NCBI RefSeq assembly: GCF_018350175.1
Contig: NC_058368.1
Location: 188,110,001-188,174,000, forward strand
DNA length: 64,000 nt
Source of the DNA: Felis catus
Taxonomy: Eukaryota
Reading direction: 5' to 3'
Below the pieces are notes generated by a model that ran no database searches, had not been told where the DNA came from, and was given only the letters and a program-made list of their open reading frames with translations. The position numbers were made by a program, and so were the translations under genes. Numbering within the stretch: position 1 is the stretch's first letter; every line of letters starts with the position of its first letter. Of the stretch, positions 1-12,549 are shown one piece after another.

Positions 1-402
1 ACTGCAGGATTATTTTACCCTTAGGGAATTTCGGGGCTGCTTTTTCTCATTGCCCCTAATACCATTCATTTTGTTTCAGCTGCCAACATTTGGGCTGTCC
101 CTGTAAGAAAGAGGAATTGTGGGGTGGCTCTGAGGCAGCAACCACGGCGATGCCATTCGAATATTAGAACCTGAGTGTTGTTTGGATGGGTCCCTAGTAC
201 GGGACATGGTTTTAATGGGTTTATGAGGTTTATTGTGCCCCCTCTCATGGTGGAAGGAGAAAAAGGTACAAAGAACAGTGAGAAAGGGGGAAACCTCTCT
301 CCTTCTCCTCCTTCTTGTTTGGTATTTAAAATATAGTTTAATGAAAACACTTTCTCATCTTTAAGTATACTTTGGGTACAGTAACAATGATTTGGATCTT
401 TT

Positions 403-605
403 ATTTTTTTTTTTTTAAGTTTTATTTATTTATTTGAGAAAGAGGGGGTGGGGGAGAGAGAGAGAGAGAGAGAGAGCATCCCAAGCAGGCTCCACTGTGT
501 CAGTGCAGAGCCTGAAGTGGGGCTCAGTCTCACGAATCCTAAGATCGTGACCTGAGCCGGAATGAAGAGTTGTTCGCTTAACCGACTGAGCCACCCACGT
601 GCCTC
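403..605 (-). mobile_element. Carnivore/feline tRNA-derived SINE (Can-SINE/SINEC type)
   Basis: Minus strand reads GAGGCACGTGGGTGGCTCAGTCGGTTAAGC, then (CT)n and an A-rich tail. Target-site duplication (TSD) tgatttggatctttt (388-402) / tgagttggatctttt (606-620). Confidence 0.93.
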
Positions 606-1499
606 TGAGTTGGATCTTTTCATCGGAAACTGCCTTGGCATCAGGACCAAACTGCTTCCTGGAGCACAGGGTTTCCATGCCACCACACTGCTGAGTACCC
701 GGTGCTCTTGAGGCACACATGACACGAGGCCTCCTCCGCTGGGAGTTCTGGGGGTGGCTTCAGGGGCTTGACTGTTATCAAATGTTCATCTGCTTTCAGT
801 TTTACATTCACTGGAGGGATATTCTTGTGAACTCGAGGAGTATGTGCTTTTTCTAATGAAGGCACCTTCATCGTATCTGTCCCCCACTCTGGACGTCTCC
901 TTGTACTTTTTATTCTGGTGGCAGCATGCAGTTTATGAAGGTGCTGTGGATCCGCACCATATTTTTATTGGTCTGCAGATGAAGGCTGAAACATTTTATC
1001 TGGAATTCTTGACCTGGAAAATGAGTAATGAATCCAGGATGTACAAATGAGAGACTCCACACCTTTGCTCACGGTTTGTAGTCTGCCTGCAGGCTTCGAA
1101 ACTACTGAGTGCGAAATCCCTGCCGTGAGGGTGGTGGTTATTCCCTTTAGAGGCCACGGTGGGGAAGCTGAGCAGAGGAAGGACCCTGCCTTATGAATAT
1201 TAACAATAATAAATCTTTTCTGAGAGTTGGCTATGTCATAATTTCCATTTTACAGATGAAAAAATGAGGCTCAGTGAAGTGACATCATAGGTCCCAACTG
1301 ATTCCTTTGGCAAACAGCAGACCTGGGAATTCACTCCCACATTGTCTTGAACTAGAGCTCATATACACATGCCCGCTCTATCTGCAAACTCAGATTTGCA
1401 AAGTAAAGTCGTCTCAGGTCACAGAACAGCTGATGGGCATCTTAGGAAAATAGCCTTGATCCTGACTTAATAATAAGAATCATAATCTGAACCTCAACT

Positions 1500-1710
1500 A
1501 TTTATCTAGGGTATGTGATGAGCCATCACTGGTCTTAGTAAATGCTCAAGTGCATGACCTCGTTTCTTTCTCACAATGGTCCTAAAGAAGTGGGTACTAT
1601 TATCATCCCCATTTCATAGGGGAAGAAACTGAGGTTCAGAAGTAAGAAGTGGCATGCTTGTGCCATGTTGCTAATAAATGGTACAGCTAGGGTTCAAAGC
1701 TGTGTATTTT
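1500..1710 (-). mobile_element. MIR SINE relic
   Basis: MIR core-like ctattatcatccccatttcataggggaagaaactgaggttcaga. Similar relics at about 1205-1350, 4190-4345, 4880-4990, 10140-10290, 12715-12840, 22320-22550, 41500-41680 and 60000-60120. Confidence 0.75.
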
Positions 1711-2645
1711 ATTTCATTTTCATTATTCCACTCTCAATATCAATGACTTGGAAATTTCTTTATCAACTGGAGATTGAAGTTGGGGGCATTTTCATGAACC
1801 TAAAGGCAACATTCTTATTAGTAAGCATTTGTAGTTTTCTCCTTGGTAGAAACATATTCTGAGGAATGACTTGCTCTTTATATCCCATATCCATATGGCC
1901 CTAATAATCAGACCTTTTTGCTCACTCTAATACTCCTTCTTTCAAGGCTCAGACAACAGCATTGTGTCCTCAGATCGTGTGAGGGCTGGCTGATTCAGCA
2001 TGACTCAAATGGGGCAGGACCCTTTGCAGTGTCCTCCCATGTTTACTGTTCCCTTCCCAGGTGAACAACCCCTTCTCCACACCAAAGCTGTCATATGATG
2101 ATCCCCTTCCATTTCCCTTCTGTGACTTTGGTTTATGCTTTCCATCCCCAAAACCTTTGTCTCCATTTCCCTCCCTTGTAAATAGTCTTTAGTGATACAC
2201 TAGAGAGAAGCGTATGATCCCTTAAAACCACAGATTGTTTCATCCTGCCCCCAGGGGGTCTCCCTTTCCATTCCAAAGGAGGTGAGGAATGCAGAAAGAA
2301 AAAATAGCTAAACACTCTGACTATGTAGAAAAGGAATAGTCAGCACAGTCATTTCCTGACATACATGAAGAAACCTGCATTAAATGAAAGCAGCAGAGTG
2401 TGGGGTTCTGGGTAAAAGGATTTTCTGGATACTTTAGGAATAATCTTGCTAGAGTGTACAAGTCTACTTTCCTTTTCTGGAAAAGTGGCATACCAGGCAT
2501 AGTGACTCTTTGCTGATTGAGCATTTTTCCTAGTCCTGAGGTCATTGTTCTGGGTAGACATGGGCTTCCATAGCTCCTCAGGCAGACCCAAGCCTAGGAC
2601 TTCGCTCTTCTTGTGACAGGAGAGATACCTAAAGAATTGTGTCTT

Positions 2646-3062
2646 CCAGATGGTTAACAGACACATGAAAAGATGCTCAACATCACTCATCATCAGGGTG
2701 ATACAACTCAAAACCACAATGAGATACCACCTCACACCTGTCACAATGGCTGAAATTAACAGCACAGGAAACAACAGATGTTGGGCAGGATGCATAAATG
2801 GGGGAACCCTCTTGCACTGTTGGTGGGAATGAAAACTGATGCAGCCACTCTGGAAAACAGTATGGAGGTTCCTCAAAAAGTTAAAAATAGAGCTACACTA
2901 TGATCCAGCAATTGCAATACTAGGTATTTACCCAAAGGATAAAAAAAATACAGATTCAAAGGGGTACATGCACCTTGATGTTTATAGCAGCATTATCAAT
3001 AATACCCAAACTATGAAGAGAGCCCTAACGTCCATCTACTGATGAATGAATAAAGAAGATAT

Positions 3063-3096
<34 letters not shown>

Positions 3097-3733
3097 GGAT
3101 CATTACTCAGCCATCAGAAAGAATGAAATATTGCCATTTGCAATGATGTGGATGGAGCTGGAATGTATTATGCTCAGTGAAGTAAGTCAGTCAGAGAAAG
3201 ACAAGTATCGTATGATTTCACTCATATGTGGCATTTAAGAAACAAAACAGATGAACATATGGGAGGAGGAGAAAAAAAGAGAGAGGAAAACAAACCATGA
3301 GACCCTCTTAAAGATAGATAACAGGGGTGCCTTGGTGGCTCAGTCAGTTGAGTGTCTGACTCTTGATTTTGGCTCAGGTCATGATCTCATGGTTTGTGAG
3401 ATCGAGCCCCATGTCAGGCGCCATGTGCTGAGAGCACAGAGTCTGCTTGTGCCTTTTCTCCCTCTCTCTCTGCCCCTCACCCACTTGTACTCTCTCTGTC
3501 TCTCTCTCTCAAAATAAATAAATAAATAAATAAATAAACATTAAAAAAAAGAGAGAGAACAAACAGGGTTGATGGAGGGAGGTGGGTGGGGGATGGGCTA
3601 GTTGGGGGAGGACACCTGTGATGGGCACTGGGTATTTATGTATGTAAGTGATGAATCCTTAAATTCTACTCCTGAAACCAGTATTTCACTGTATATTAAC
3701 TAACTAGAATTTAAATAAAAATTTGAAAAAAAA
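2646..3733 (+). mobile_element. 5'-truncated carnivore L1: ORF2 C-terminus and 3' UTR, interrupted by a SINE
   Basis: Translates to L1 ORF2 C-terminal peptides ([44 protein letters not shown]) with stops and frameshifts. G-rich 3' UTR, AATAAA at 3714-3719, A8 tail at 3726-3733. Confidence 0.95.
3324..3550 (+). mobile_element. Can-SINE inserted in the L1 3' UTR
   Basis: GGGGTGCCTTGGTGGCTCAGTCAGTTGAG head, (CT)n, (AAAT)n tail. TSD aaagatagataaca / aaagagagagaaca. Confidence 0.93.
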
Positions 3734-3739
3734 CCCAAT

Positions 3740-3850
3740 GTGCCCTCCACGAGGGTAGGATTTTCATTGTCTTTGCACCCTGCTATATCCCTAGCACCAT
3801 TTTGCACACAATACCTACCTCTAAGACATTTTTGAATGAGTGAATAAATA
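3740..3850 (+). mobile_element. L2 3'-end fragment, possibly carried here by L1 3' transduction
   Basis: tgctatatccctagcacc...ttttgaatgagtgaataaat resembles the L2 3' terminus. Confidence 0.65.
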
Positions 3851-5202
3851 ATTTCTTTTCATTTGAAAAAAAAAATTTGTCTTCTCTCTTTCTTCCTGAC
3901 ACCTAGAAATTTTCTTTCTTGATTTTCAACCAATGTATTTTATTAAAAACTAAAAATAATATTTAGGCTGACATTTCTAATGCTGAAGGGGTAGGGCTTC
4001 TTGCCTCACTGCCATCCTGACAGGAAGTTGACCCTGTGTCTCCAGTATTTAGTACTCAGCCATTAAGGCATTAATAAAGGTGGAGGGCTCTCTTGTTTTA
4101 CAGGATTTGTCCAATGGCCCATTTCACTTAGGTTCGCAGGAAGGAGAAGTAAGGCACTTAGTAAGTGCAGCACCTACAAGTTACTTCTTTTAATTCTTAC
4201 AAAACCCCTTCAAATGTAGGCGTTCATTATCCACACCTGAGAGCCTGGGGAAACTGAGGTTCAAAGAGAGTCAGTAAGTTGCCCAAAGTCAGAGAAGAAG
4301 TGACTAAGAGAGGATTTGGGCGTAGGATTCTCAGTCTTTAATGCAGAAACTCTTCCCACTGGCACCCACTGTCTGGGTTGGAGTCCAAATATGGAAAACT
4401 CATCCCTCCCAACTTGGAGACCTCTTGGCCTTAAGCAAGGGAGGGCCGTTGGATGCTTGGCAAAGATACGTTCTGGAGGCCTCATCCTCCTGGGAAGGTC
4501 TAATATTACCAACATTGTCGTTGACCAGCCCAACCCAGTGTATCCTTCCCTTGAGCTCCTCCACCTGCCCCCCTCTCCCTTTACTATAAGCAGCCTGGGA
4601 GAAGATTTCTTATAATCTCCAATGTGAGTTCATTCCCCGAACCACTGGTGCCTGGTTATGCATCTTGGCCAAATGTGGGAACACTTCTTAACTTAATTTA
4701 CCTGTTTGTATATAGGTACTCATGATTCCTCACATTAATATACAAGGTTTCAAGCACATTCTCATTCCCATGGTTTTATTTTGTCTCTAGGAATTTAAAT
4801 TAATTTTTGAAAGCTCACTTATTGAGCATTTATATGCCAGGTTCAAATCTGTTTAGATTCATGTTCTAGTTTATCTTCACAATGCCCCTATGGAATCATT
4901 ATTTCCATTTTAGGACTAGGAAACTGAGATTAAGTAACTCATCCAAAGCCCCATATATCCATGAAGTGAAGGAAATTGTCTGAATCAAGAGTTGAAATAC
5001 ACAACTTCTATCTTTTACTCTTTATTAGATTATTAGATTATAAAGTGTTCTTTCCACTTTTCAGGTGCTAAGAGATATGCCTAAATTCACACATCAGCAG
5101 AATAAGGATTAGAACAGGCCTAAGGCATAACTTTATGGATGGAGTGTTTGTGACACAATCATGCAATCTTTCTTCAAATTCATAAGGATGCCTTCAAATT
5201 CA

Positions 5203-5295
5203 TAGAGTCTGTCCCACATTACACCAAAGGCTGATGTCAACAGTTCCTTTTGAGTATTTTACTGTCCCAGATTAGAGTCTGTCCCACATTACACC
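5203..5295 (+). repeat. Local dispersed duplicate of 6764-6834
   Basis: 5227-5295 matches 6764-6832 at 68/69 positions. 5203-5227 matches 6810-6834 exactly. Confidence 0.95.
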
Positions 5296-6074
5296 CCAGA
5301 AATGCGGTGCTGGTGACTCCATGAAATAAATCATATTTGCATGAGGTTAGGTAAAGCCCCCTCCCACCAAGGTCTGGAGGCTGCCTAAGGCCTTTCCTCA
5401 AGTGGTCCTGCCTCCCTGTCCACCACTGAGTTTGCTGGCTTGGTGCCCATACCCAGGCCTGGGATTTATAGTCCAGGCTGCCCTCACACCCCTGGGGGCC
5501 CTCCCACAGCCTCCAGAGCCCAGACTGTGGCCTGAGGCCCCAGTGACCTTGCTCTCCCAGAAGGCATTGCTCCCTGCTGGCAAGGTGCCAGCTTTGGGTG
5601 GGGTGGGCTAAGGTAGGCTGGGGCAGGAGAGGAGCCAGTAAAGAAACAGTTTATTTCTGTGCCCTGACTTTGGCACGGAGAGACATTTGGGGGAGTTTGA
5701 GTCCTAGTGACCAGCCCCAGAAGTTTTCAGGGATTTGAGATTCCTGATTTGGCCCCGAACAAGCCCATGTAGGATCTGCTGATAGTCTCCATTGCCAGAA
5801 AGCCCAAAGATGACCTGAGGTCTCCATGGGAGACCCCTAGGATGTCCACACTGGGGCCCTCCACACAGGCACGTGCCCTCCAGGCAGCCAGCATCCCTCG
5901 AGGAAATCAACTGGGGCTGGAAGGGCAGCTTGGGGTAAAACAACACCAAACTTCCCAGAGTTGATGGTTCTGTTTTATTCTTCAAGTTTTCTCCTCTCTC
6001 CTTCCTTCAATTCCTTATCTCTTTTCTCTTCTCTCCCATCAAAGAGCCAGCACATTCTGGGTTCAGATACCAGT

Positions 6075-6245
6075 TCCACTTGTAATCAGCCATGTGGCTG
6101 TCAGGAAACTACTTAACCTCTCCATGTCTCAGCTTTTTTTTTTTTTTTTTTTTTTTTTTTACCTGTAAAATAGGAATGATAAAATCTTTGCAATTTCTAA
6201 GAATCGGAAGTAGAGTGTGTTAAATGCCAAATAAATGGCAATAAT
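6075..6245 (+). mobile_element. MIR relic with internal poly(T) expansion
   Basis: gttacttaacctctc...ctgtaaaataggaatgataa-type core split by a long T run. Similar plus-strand MIRs at about 38000-38240, 46290-46490 and 62360-62500. Confidence 0.7.
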
Positions 6246-9200
6246 GATAATAATTTAGTATTGTTACTATGTGGCATGGTTGGGAAACTAGCTAAAGAAT
6301 TTTACTTCATCTCTAAGTATACGTACCAGATGTATCATTAGAGATCAAGATTTTAAGGAATAAGCCTTTAATCAGGGCTCAGGGGCTTTTAAGAAGAAAA
6401 ATACAAGTATTAAAGCTATGGGAAAACATTGTAGAGACCAATAAGGATCAATCACACATGTCGCCTTCTGAGTGCGAAGAACCCTCTGTTACTCTGGGTC
6501 TCTCTAGGTCTCTGGATACATGTACCTTTATCTGTCACTGGAAAAAATACACTCACAGACCACTCCCACCTTGAACCCTTCAATCCTGAAGAGAGACAAG
6601 AAATGAATTATAAGTTCATTGCCCAAGCTCAAGAGAGAGCAAGAAATCCAGTGTGATGCTGGACAGGCTCAGCATTCCTGTCAGCAGAAGATTCTGTTGG
6701 CTGATGAAGCGGACCATGGGGACATGTTGGAGGTATACTAACTCCATGGGTGCAGTCTTGGGGAAGGCTGATGTCAACAGTTCCTTTTGAGTATTTTACT
6801 GTCCCGGATTAGAGTCTGTCCCACATTACACCAAGCCCTTTGTTCTCTAACCAACTGGCTTTCTATGTGTCACACACTGGGCACAGATAACCAGACCGAA
6901 ACTAGGCGATCAGAAGGCTAGTTCTCCAAACCAGGCAACTTTACAATGTCAGGGCAGTGGGCACTAAAGCGTCAAATGCAGGAGGCAACAAATAGACTGC
7001 AGTGATAAATGTTCAAGGCTAATTACTCGAGATTGAAAATGGGGGAATAGAGGTGAATGAAAGAGAGAAAGAGAAAGAAACCTCCTATCTGAAATTGAAA
7101 TCCTTCCCCTGAAGAAGCACACATCTGGAATTCATTCTTGCAGCAGGCAGCCACAGACTAGCTCTCTACCAGGACCCTGCCCAGCCACCGTGTGACGGTG
7201 ACTGAATACAGGCTGTGCTTTGCGTGGGGCTGATAGAATGTTTCTCTGATAAATATTCCTGCCAAAGTTAGTTTTCGAGCCATGGTTCATAAATATACAG
7301 TATTCCAGCAAAAAAGTACAGAATGTCCTCCTGGGGCTGACAAGCAAATAGTTTCATAAATAACCCTCTTGACACGTGTAAGATGTTAGCATTCTTGAGG
7401 TTTGGGGCAAGGGCAGATGTGGATTTAATTGCTCGATTCAGTCTGGAGCCACACTGGACTTGGACGTTAAGTCTTGGGGGCCGATGGAAATGTTTTTCTT
7501 GGCTCGAGATATCGCGTTGCTTGTCAACACTGAGGACAAAGGCTTCTCCTCAGGACATTTTGGTCCAGGGTGGAGTGCTGCACAGGTGAGTCTGACCAGA
7601 TTGGCATACAAGGGGATTCGCACTGGGGCATCAAATAAAAGGCATTTCTTTACCTCAAGGAAGGGCTCAGCTGAGCCACAATATCGACTGCTTTGGGGGC
7701 ACTGAGTGTCCAACCCCGGGGCAATGTTGACAGGGAAGGGGGAGAACGTTCCAAAGAAGCCTCCTATTTTGATAATTTGTTTGTTTGTTTTGTTTGTTTG
7801 TTTTGTTTTGTTTTGTTGTTGTTTTTGGTAAAAAAGAAAAAAACAAAAAAACAACAAAGTTTGGGCAGATTCTAGAGTAGGCCAGATCAAGCACTGAGTC
7901 TAGGGGGATTTTCATATGAGCAGCATGATTGGATCCTTAATTAGTGGCACAGAGTATAGTTTGTCAAAAATGGGTATTATACTGACCCCATCACATTTCT
8001 AGGATTCCCATCTCTGAGGCCCACTGAAGTCTAACCTATTCATACAGTGTTATGAATAGTTGAAAGTTGAAAGAATGAGGACATTACACTCCTGAGCATC
8101 TTAATAATCATTTCTATGGCGCCTTAAAGCTTTCCAGGCCCTTCAACATCCACAACTACAATTGAGTAGCCCTGTGAGGGAAATTGGGCAGGTGGTACCA
8201 TTCCTATGTTACGGATGGGAATGCAGAAGCCAGGTGAGAGGAAGGTAACTGCACGGGGAACCCAAAGACTAAATGACAGAACAAGGATTCGCATCCAGGC
8301 CCTTGGCCTCTTGGAGTTATGTCAGTGAATGGCTTGGTTTCTCAGGCATGCTAGATAAGAAGGGAGCAGGAGCAGGGAGAAATGAGCTCTAGAGTGGGAA
8401 GATCTTGACGGTGGGCAATGACAGGAAGATTTCTCAACATGCTGGGGACTCTGTTCCGAGGGGACACCTTAAGCAGACGTCTGGAAGATAATAAGCCACA
8501 CCAGCAACCTTACGCTCCCTCCCTGTGACTGGAGCCAGTGGCAGACACAACATCACCTTAATGTTCTGAGGTGTGAGAAGGGCCCTTGCAGGTCTCAATT
8601 ACAGTGTATCGACAGACCGCATGGCGGCCTGTGTCCGAAGACGGTTCTGAATTCGCCTGTGAAGACAGCAGCTTTAATAGTTTTTAAAAACAGGGTAAGA
8701 AATCTCTCCATCCTCTCATTTACCAAGTATATTGTATTTCTGTGCATTGACTAAAAGGGCTAAATCAGTTAGCAGTGGATAGTAAGACAAAGGTACTAGT
8801 AAGAATTGTTGTCTTCTGACAGCTGAGTCGAGTACCTGGGTTAAGCACTTGATATTTGTACCCAGTTTATCAAGTGGGCTGAACTCGGGGTGGGGGGCAC
8901 CAACAGGAAGTGGATTTCTTTTGCCCTCCGGATGCTGTGCTCCTGACCACCCTACAGACCCCTTGCCAGCACCCTGGTGGCATCTTGGACAGATCTATCC
9001 CCTGTTTTCTAATCAGTTTAGGTTATAAAAACAGGTACTGCTCTGGTTATTCACACTCAACTCAGGTATTAATGGTCCCCTCAAGGCTATACTAAAAACT
9101 TCAATATCCCCTCTCATTCAGAGTGCTTGCACCCTGAACTCAGGCTAGAGGGACATGCAGTGGGGATGGGGGGTGGTCTCTTCTTTCACTTGTTCTTAAT

Positions 9201-11332
9201 GTTCTTTCCTGTCCCTGTGGCTGGCTGGCTTCTTCAGAGATGGGGCTGGGGGATTAAGGAAAAAGGGACTCTCTTATGGGACTGAATTGGCCATCAGTGC
9301 TCTGTTTGGCAGGTGTGCATTTGGTGGCTCTTATGCATATACTTGCAAATTCTCAGAGGTCCAGACTGAATACTGAAGCAGACCTCTTGTAACATTCTTG
9401 GCTCTTGCCCTGTTGTCTGCTCAATAGCATCTTTCCACTCGGGGCCCACCATGAGGGCTGAGGCCCCTCTGGCTTCTGCAGCATCCCCATGGTCCCTGGA
9501 AAAACTCCTGTGCTCTTTCCTTGCCAGATGTGTGGGCTGGCTTTTCCCTACCAGGTCCTATATCCTGGCTCTACTGTGGCATGTGACTCCACCTCCCTCT
9601 AGTCTTTTGTAATGACCAACCTCTGTAGTCATGGATGCCACCAAAGGCATGCCATCTTATCCCAGCAGCCCTCTCACTGCTCTTGGCCTTAGTCCCAGGA
9701 TAGCACTGGTCCTGCCATTCTGCACCTTTGTGAAGACCTGGCCAGGTGTGAGATGCTTGCCTTCACTTCTTCCGGGCATTCCCAGTCTGTGACTGTTTCT
9801 TTTGACTACACTCACCCCTCCTTCAACACATTTGTCTTGTGAAGGGACACTTCTCTGTGCTTATCCCTGAGCTCGGGAGGGGACATGCAACAAGAAACCT
9901 TTCTAGACAATTCCCACACCTTTGAACCTCCAGTCTTCTCTTTCATTGCTTGTCAATCAGTTATTCTTGCTGTACGTGTCCTGCTACCCTATATGTTATT
10001 AAGTCTTCCCCAGAGAACTAGCACCTCTGTTTAGCATATAGGGGCACTTACCTTTTATGGTACTGAGTGTGAGAGCGTTAACTGAATTTTAGAGACAATA
10101 GGAATTTAAATTTAACATTCTATTTATATACCTAAACTTGACAACAACCCTGTAGCTCTAATTATCCCCATTTTAAAGACGAACACACTGAGACCCAAGG
10201 AGTTCAGTGACATGTCAAACGACAGCGAAGCAGCAGGAGAGTCTGGATTGGTTCTCACTCTGATCTGAACCCAAAGCCAGTGCTCTCAACCTGGGACATG
10301 AAGACAGCAAGAAAGCCATTAGCCCAAAAGTCTGCAGACCTAGCGAAAGAAAGAAGTGGGAAGGAGAAATTCTCAAATCTGTGTCCTGTTTGTATCTGTT
10401 ATCCGAAAGCCTTGATTTCAGTAGTCTGTATGTGATGGTGGGGCTGGAGCAGCTCAGTTAATTTGCATCTCGTGAAAGCTGAATCACGCTGGCCTTAATT
10501 GACAAGCACAAATGGCTCTGGCAAAGGTGAGGGAGCCAAGTGCAAGGGACAACGCCGTCAGAGTTGACAACAGAAGTTTGATTAAAGAATGAGCTAACCA
10601 GGGTTCCCTGTGTGATGTCAGTCCTCTTACCGATCTCCTGCGTGTAGTCAAATGAATAATTATAGTCTACCTGAAACACAGATTTTCCCTTTCAAAGTGC
10701 ATTCACATTAGTGATGTTTTTAATGTGTCCCCTACAATCAGGCAGTCAGAGCAAGGACTGCAAGACCGCCCAATTTTTACATAAGAAAGCCAAGCCCTGG
10801 GAATCCTGGAGTTCCCCCAAGGGTAAGGACTGGAGATCCCATTTCCTCCCTTCCTCTGAGTGCTTCGCTCAAGTGAGACTCTTCAACAGTATATTCAAAG
10901 AGGCCTCAAGGAAAGCAGATGTCCCTGGCTGCTCTCTGAGTTCCTGCTGGGCTGCTTTTGTAGGCACAGGGGAGAACCCTTTCCACTGGCCTGAGTCTTG
11001 CTTTTGTTCACTCTCCCTGTCTACACTCTCACTGTATATATTCAATTCCAGGCACTTTTTTTTTTTCTTTTTTAGGAGAAAGCAGAAGACAGATCAAGGG
11101 GCTGACAACATAGGGACAAACTTAGTATTGTGCTGTCTATCTCTAGGGGGTGCACAGGCACTGCCTCCCACATTCCCTTCCCCTCTGTTCACGGGAAGAA
11201 CTGGGAGCAATAATTTCAGTAGTAACTCCTCTTTGTTGAGCACTGACAATGACTGTGTGTTAGGTATGGTGTTAGGTGTTTCACATGCATTGTTTTCCTT
11301 ATTCCCTCCAACTACTGGAGAAAGAGGGACTT

Positions 11333-11673
11333 CAGGTCCATAGCTTCTCCTCTAAAACCCTTGAAGCCAGGTGTGTTTCAGAATTCAGAATATTTTAGTT
11401 GTTAGAAAGGTAACATGGTTCACCTGCTCTATGTTATCCAACATCCTCAGCAGGGTCTGTGGCAGCATCTTGTTACCAAACACATTCATATTTCTGTGAT
11501 GAAATGGAGAAACAGTCATAAAAGAGGGATAACATAAAGGCTATAAATAGCCTCATGTCAATATAGATCAGTTTTTGCTGCCATATCAATGTATGCCAAA
11601 CGTGGTGAAGAAACTTGTGTTTTTCAGATCTCTTTGGATTGTAGAATTGCAGATGAGGGATGGTGGGTCTGTA
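11333..11673. mobile_element. Tigger-derived MITE (MER46C-like)
   Basis: Starts caggtccatagc...aaaacccttgaagccaggtgtgtttcagaattcagaat and ends ...gggatggtgggtctg|ta. Degenerate terminal inverted repeats, about 340 bp. Confidence 0.7.
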
Positions 11674-12046
11674 TTATTATGCTCATTTACAGGTGTAGGT
11701 ATAGAAGTTCAGATAGTTTCCATGAGTTGTCCAAACTACAGAGCTGCTGAGTGGCAGAGCTTGGATACAAACCCAGGCCTCCTGATTCTAGCACCTGCTC
11801 TATCAGCCACAAGACTTCCATAGTACATCTGTCCCTCGAAGCATCAGACACAATATTTGCATTAACCAGCAGCTGTAGTTTTTATTCATTGAGGGCAAGG
11901 GCAGGAGAACCTTTGGAATCTCTCAATTCAGTTTTAAGAATATGTATAGTCTGCCACAGATGGGCACTGTGTGCTCTACTTAATATTGGCCCATGAACCA
12001 GCAACGTCGGCATCACCTGGGAGCTTATAAGAAATACAGGATTTCA

Positions 12047-12204
12047 GGGGTTCCTTGGTGGCTCAGTTGGTTGAGCATCCCACTCTTGATTGTGGCTTAG
12101 GTCATGATCGATCTCAGGGTCGTGAGGTTGGGCTCTGTGCTGCTCACAGAGACTACCTAAGATTATCTCTCTTCCTCTCTCTCTGCCCCTCCCCCTCTCT
12201 CTCA
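12047..12204 (+). mobile_element. Can-SINE body whose tail is interrupted; the A-rich tail resumes at about 12567-12592
   Basis: GGGGTTCCTTGGTGGCTCAGTTGGTTGAG head and (CT)n, followed by T22 rather than poly(A). Confidence 0.85.
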
Positions 12205-12324
12205 TTTTTTTTTTTTTTTTTTTTTTCAAGGAATTCCCCACTTATGCTGTTTCAGATCTTCCCGTGTGATGAGAAGCTTCGTGTGGAGGCTGGGCACAGT
12301 TAGAGTGGCACATTCCTATTTTTA

Positions 12325-12329
12325 AAACT

Positions 12330-12368
<39 letters not shown>

Positions 12369-12549
12369 TTTTTGAGAGACATGGCACGAGTGGCGGAGGG
12401 GCAGAGAGAGGGAGACACAGAATCCGAATCAGGCTCCAGGCTCTGAGCTGTCAGCACAGAGCCTGACACGGGGCTCGAACTCACAAACCATAAGATCATG
12501 ACCTGAGCCGAAGCCGGACGCTCAGCCGACTGAGCCACCCAGGTGCCTC
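12325..12549 (-). mobile_element. Feline SINE (SINEC_Fc-like)
   Basis: Minus-strand head GAGGCACCTGGGTGGCTCAGTCGGCTGAGCGTCCG, B-box GAGTTCGAGCC, (AAAT)n tail. Confidence 0.95.

Noticed and set aside
1..360. Possible 3' UTR or exon of a neighbouring gene
   Set aside because: No recognisable homology, convincing poly(A) site or ORF. Cannot be assigned from this window.
5203..5295. Direct repeats with a spacer as a CRISPR-like array
   Set aside because: Only two repeat units in mammalian DNA with no cas genes. Explained by duplication from 6764-6834.
10711..11343. 210-aa ORF, the longest in the track
   Set aside because: GTG start, runs through a poly(T) tract and a MIR-like relic, no recognisable domain.
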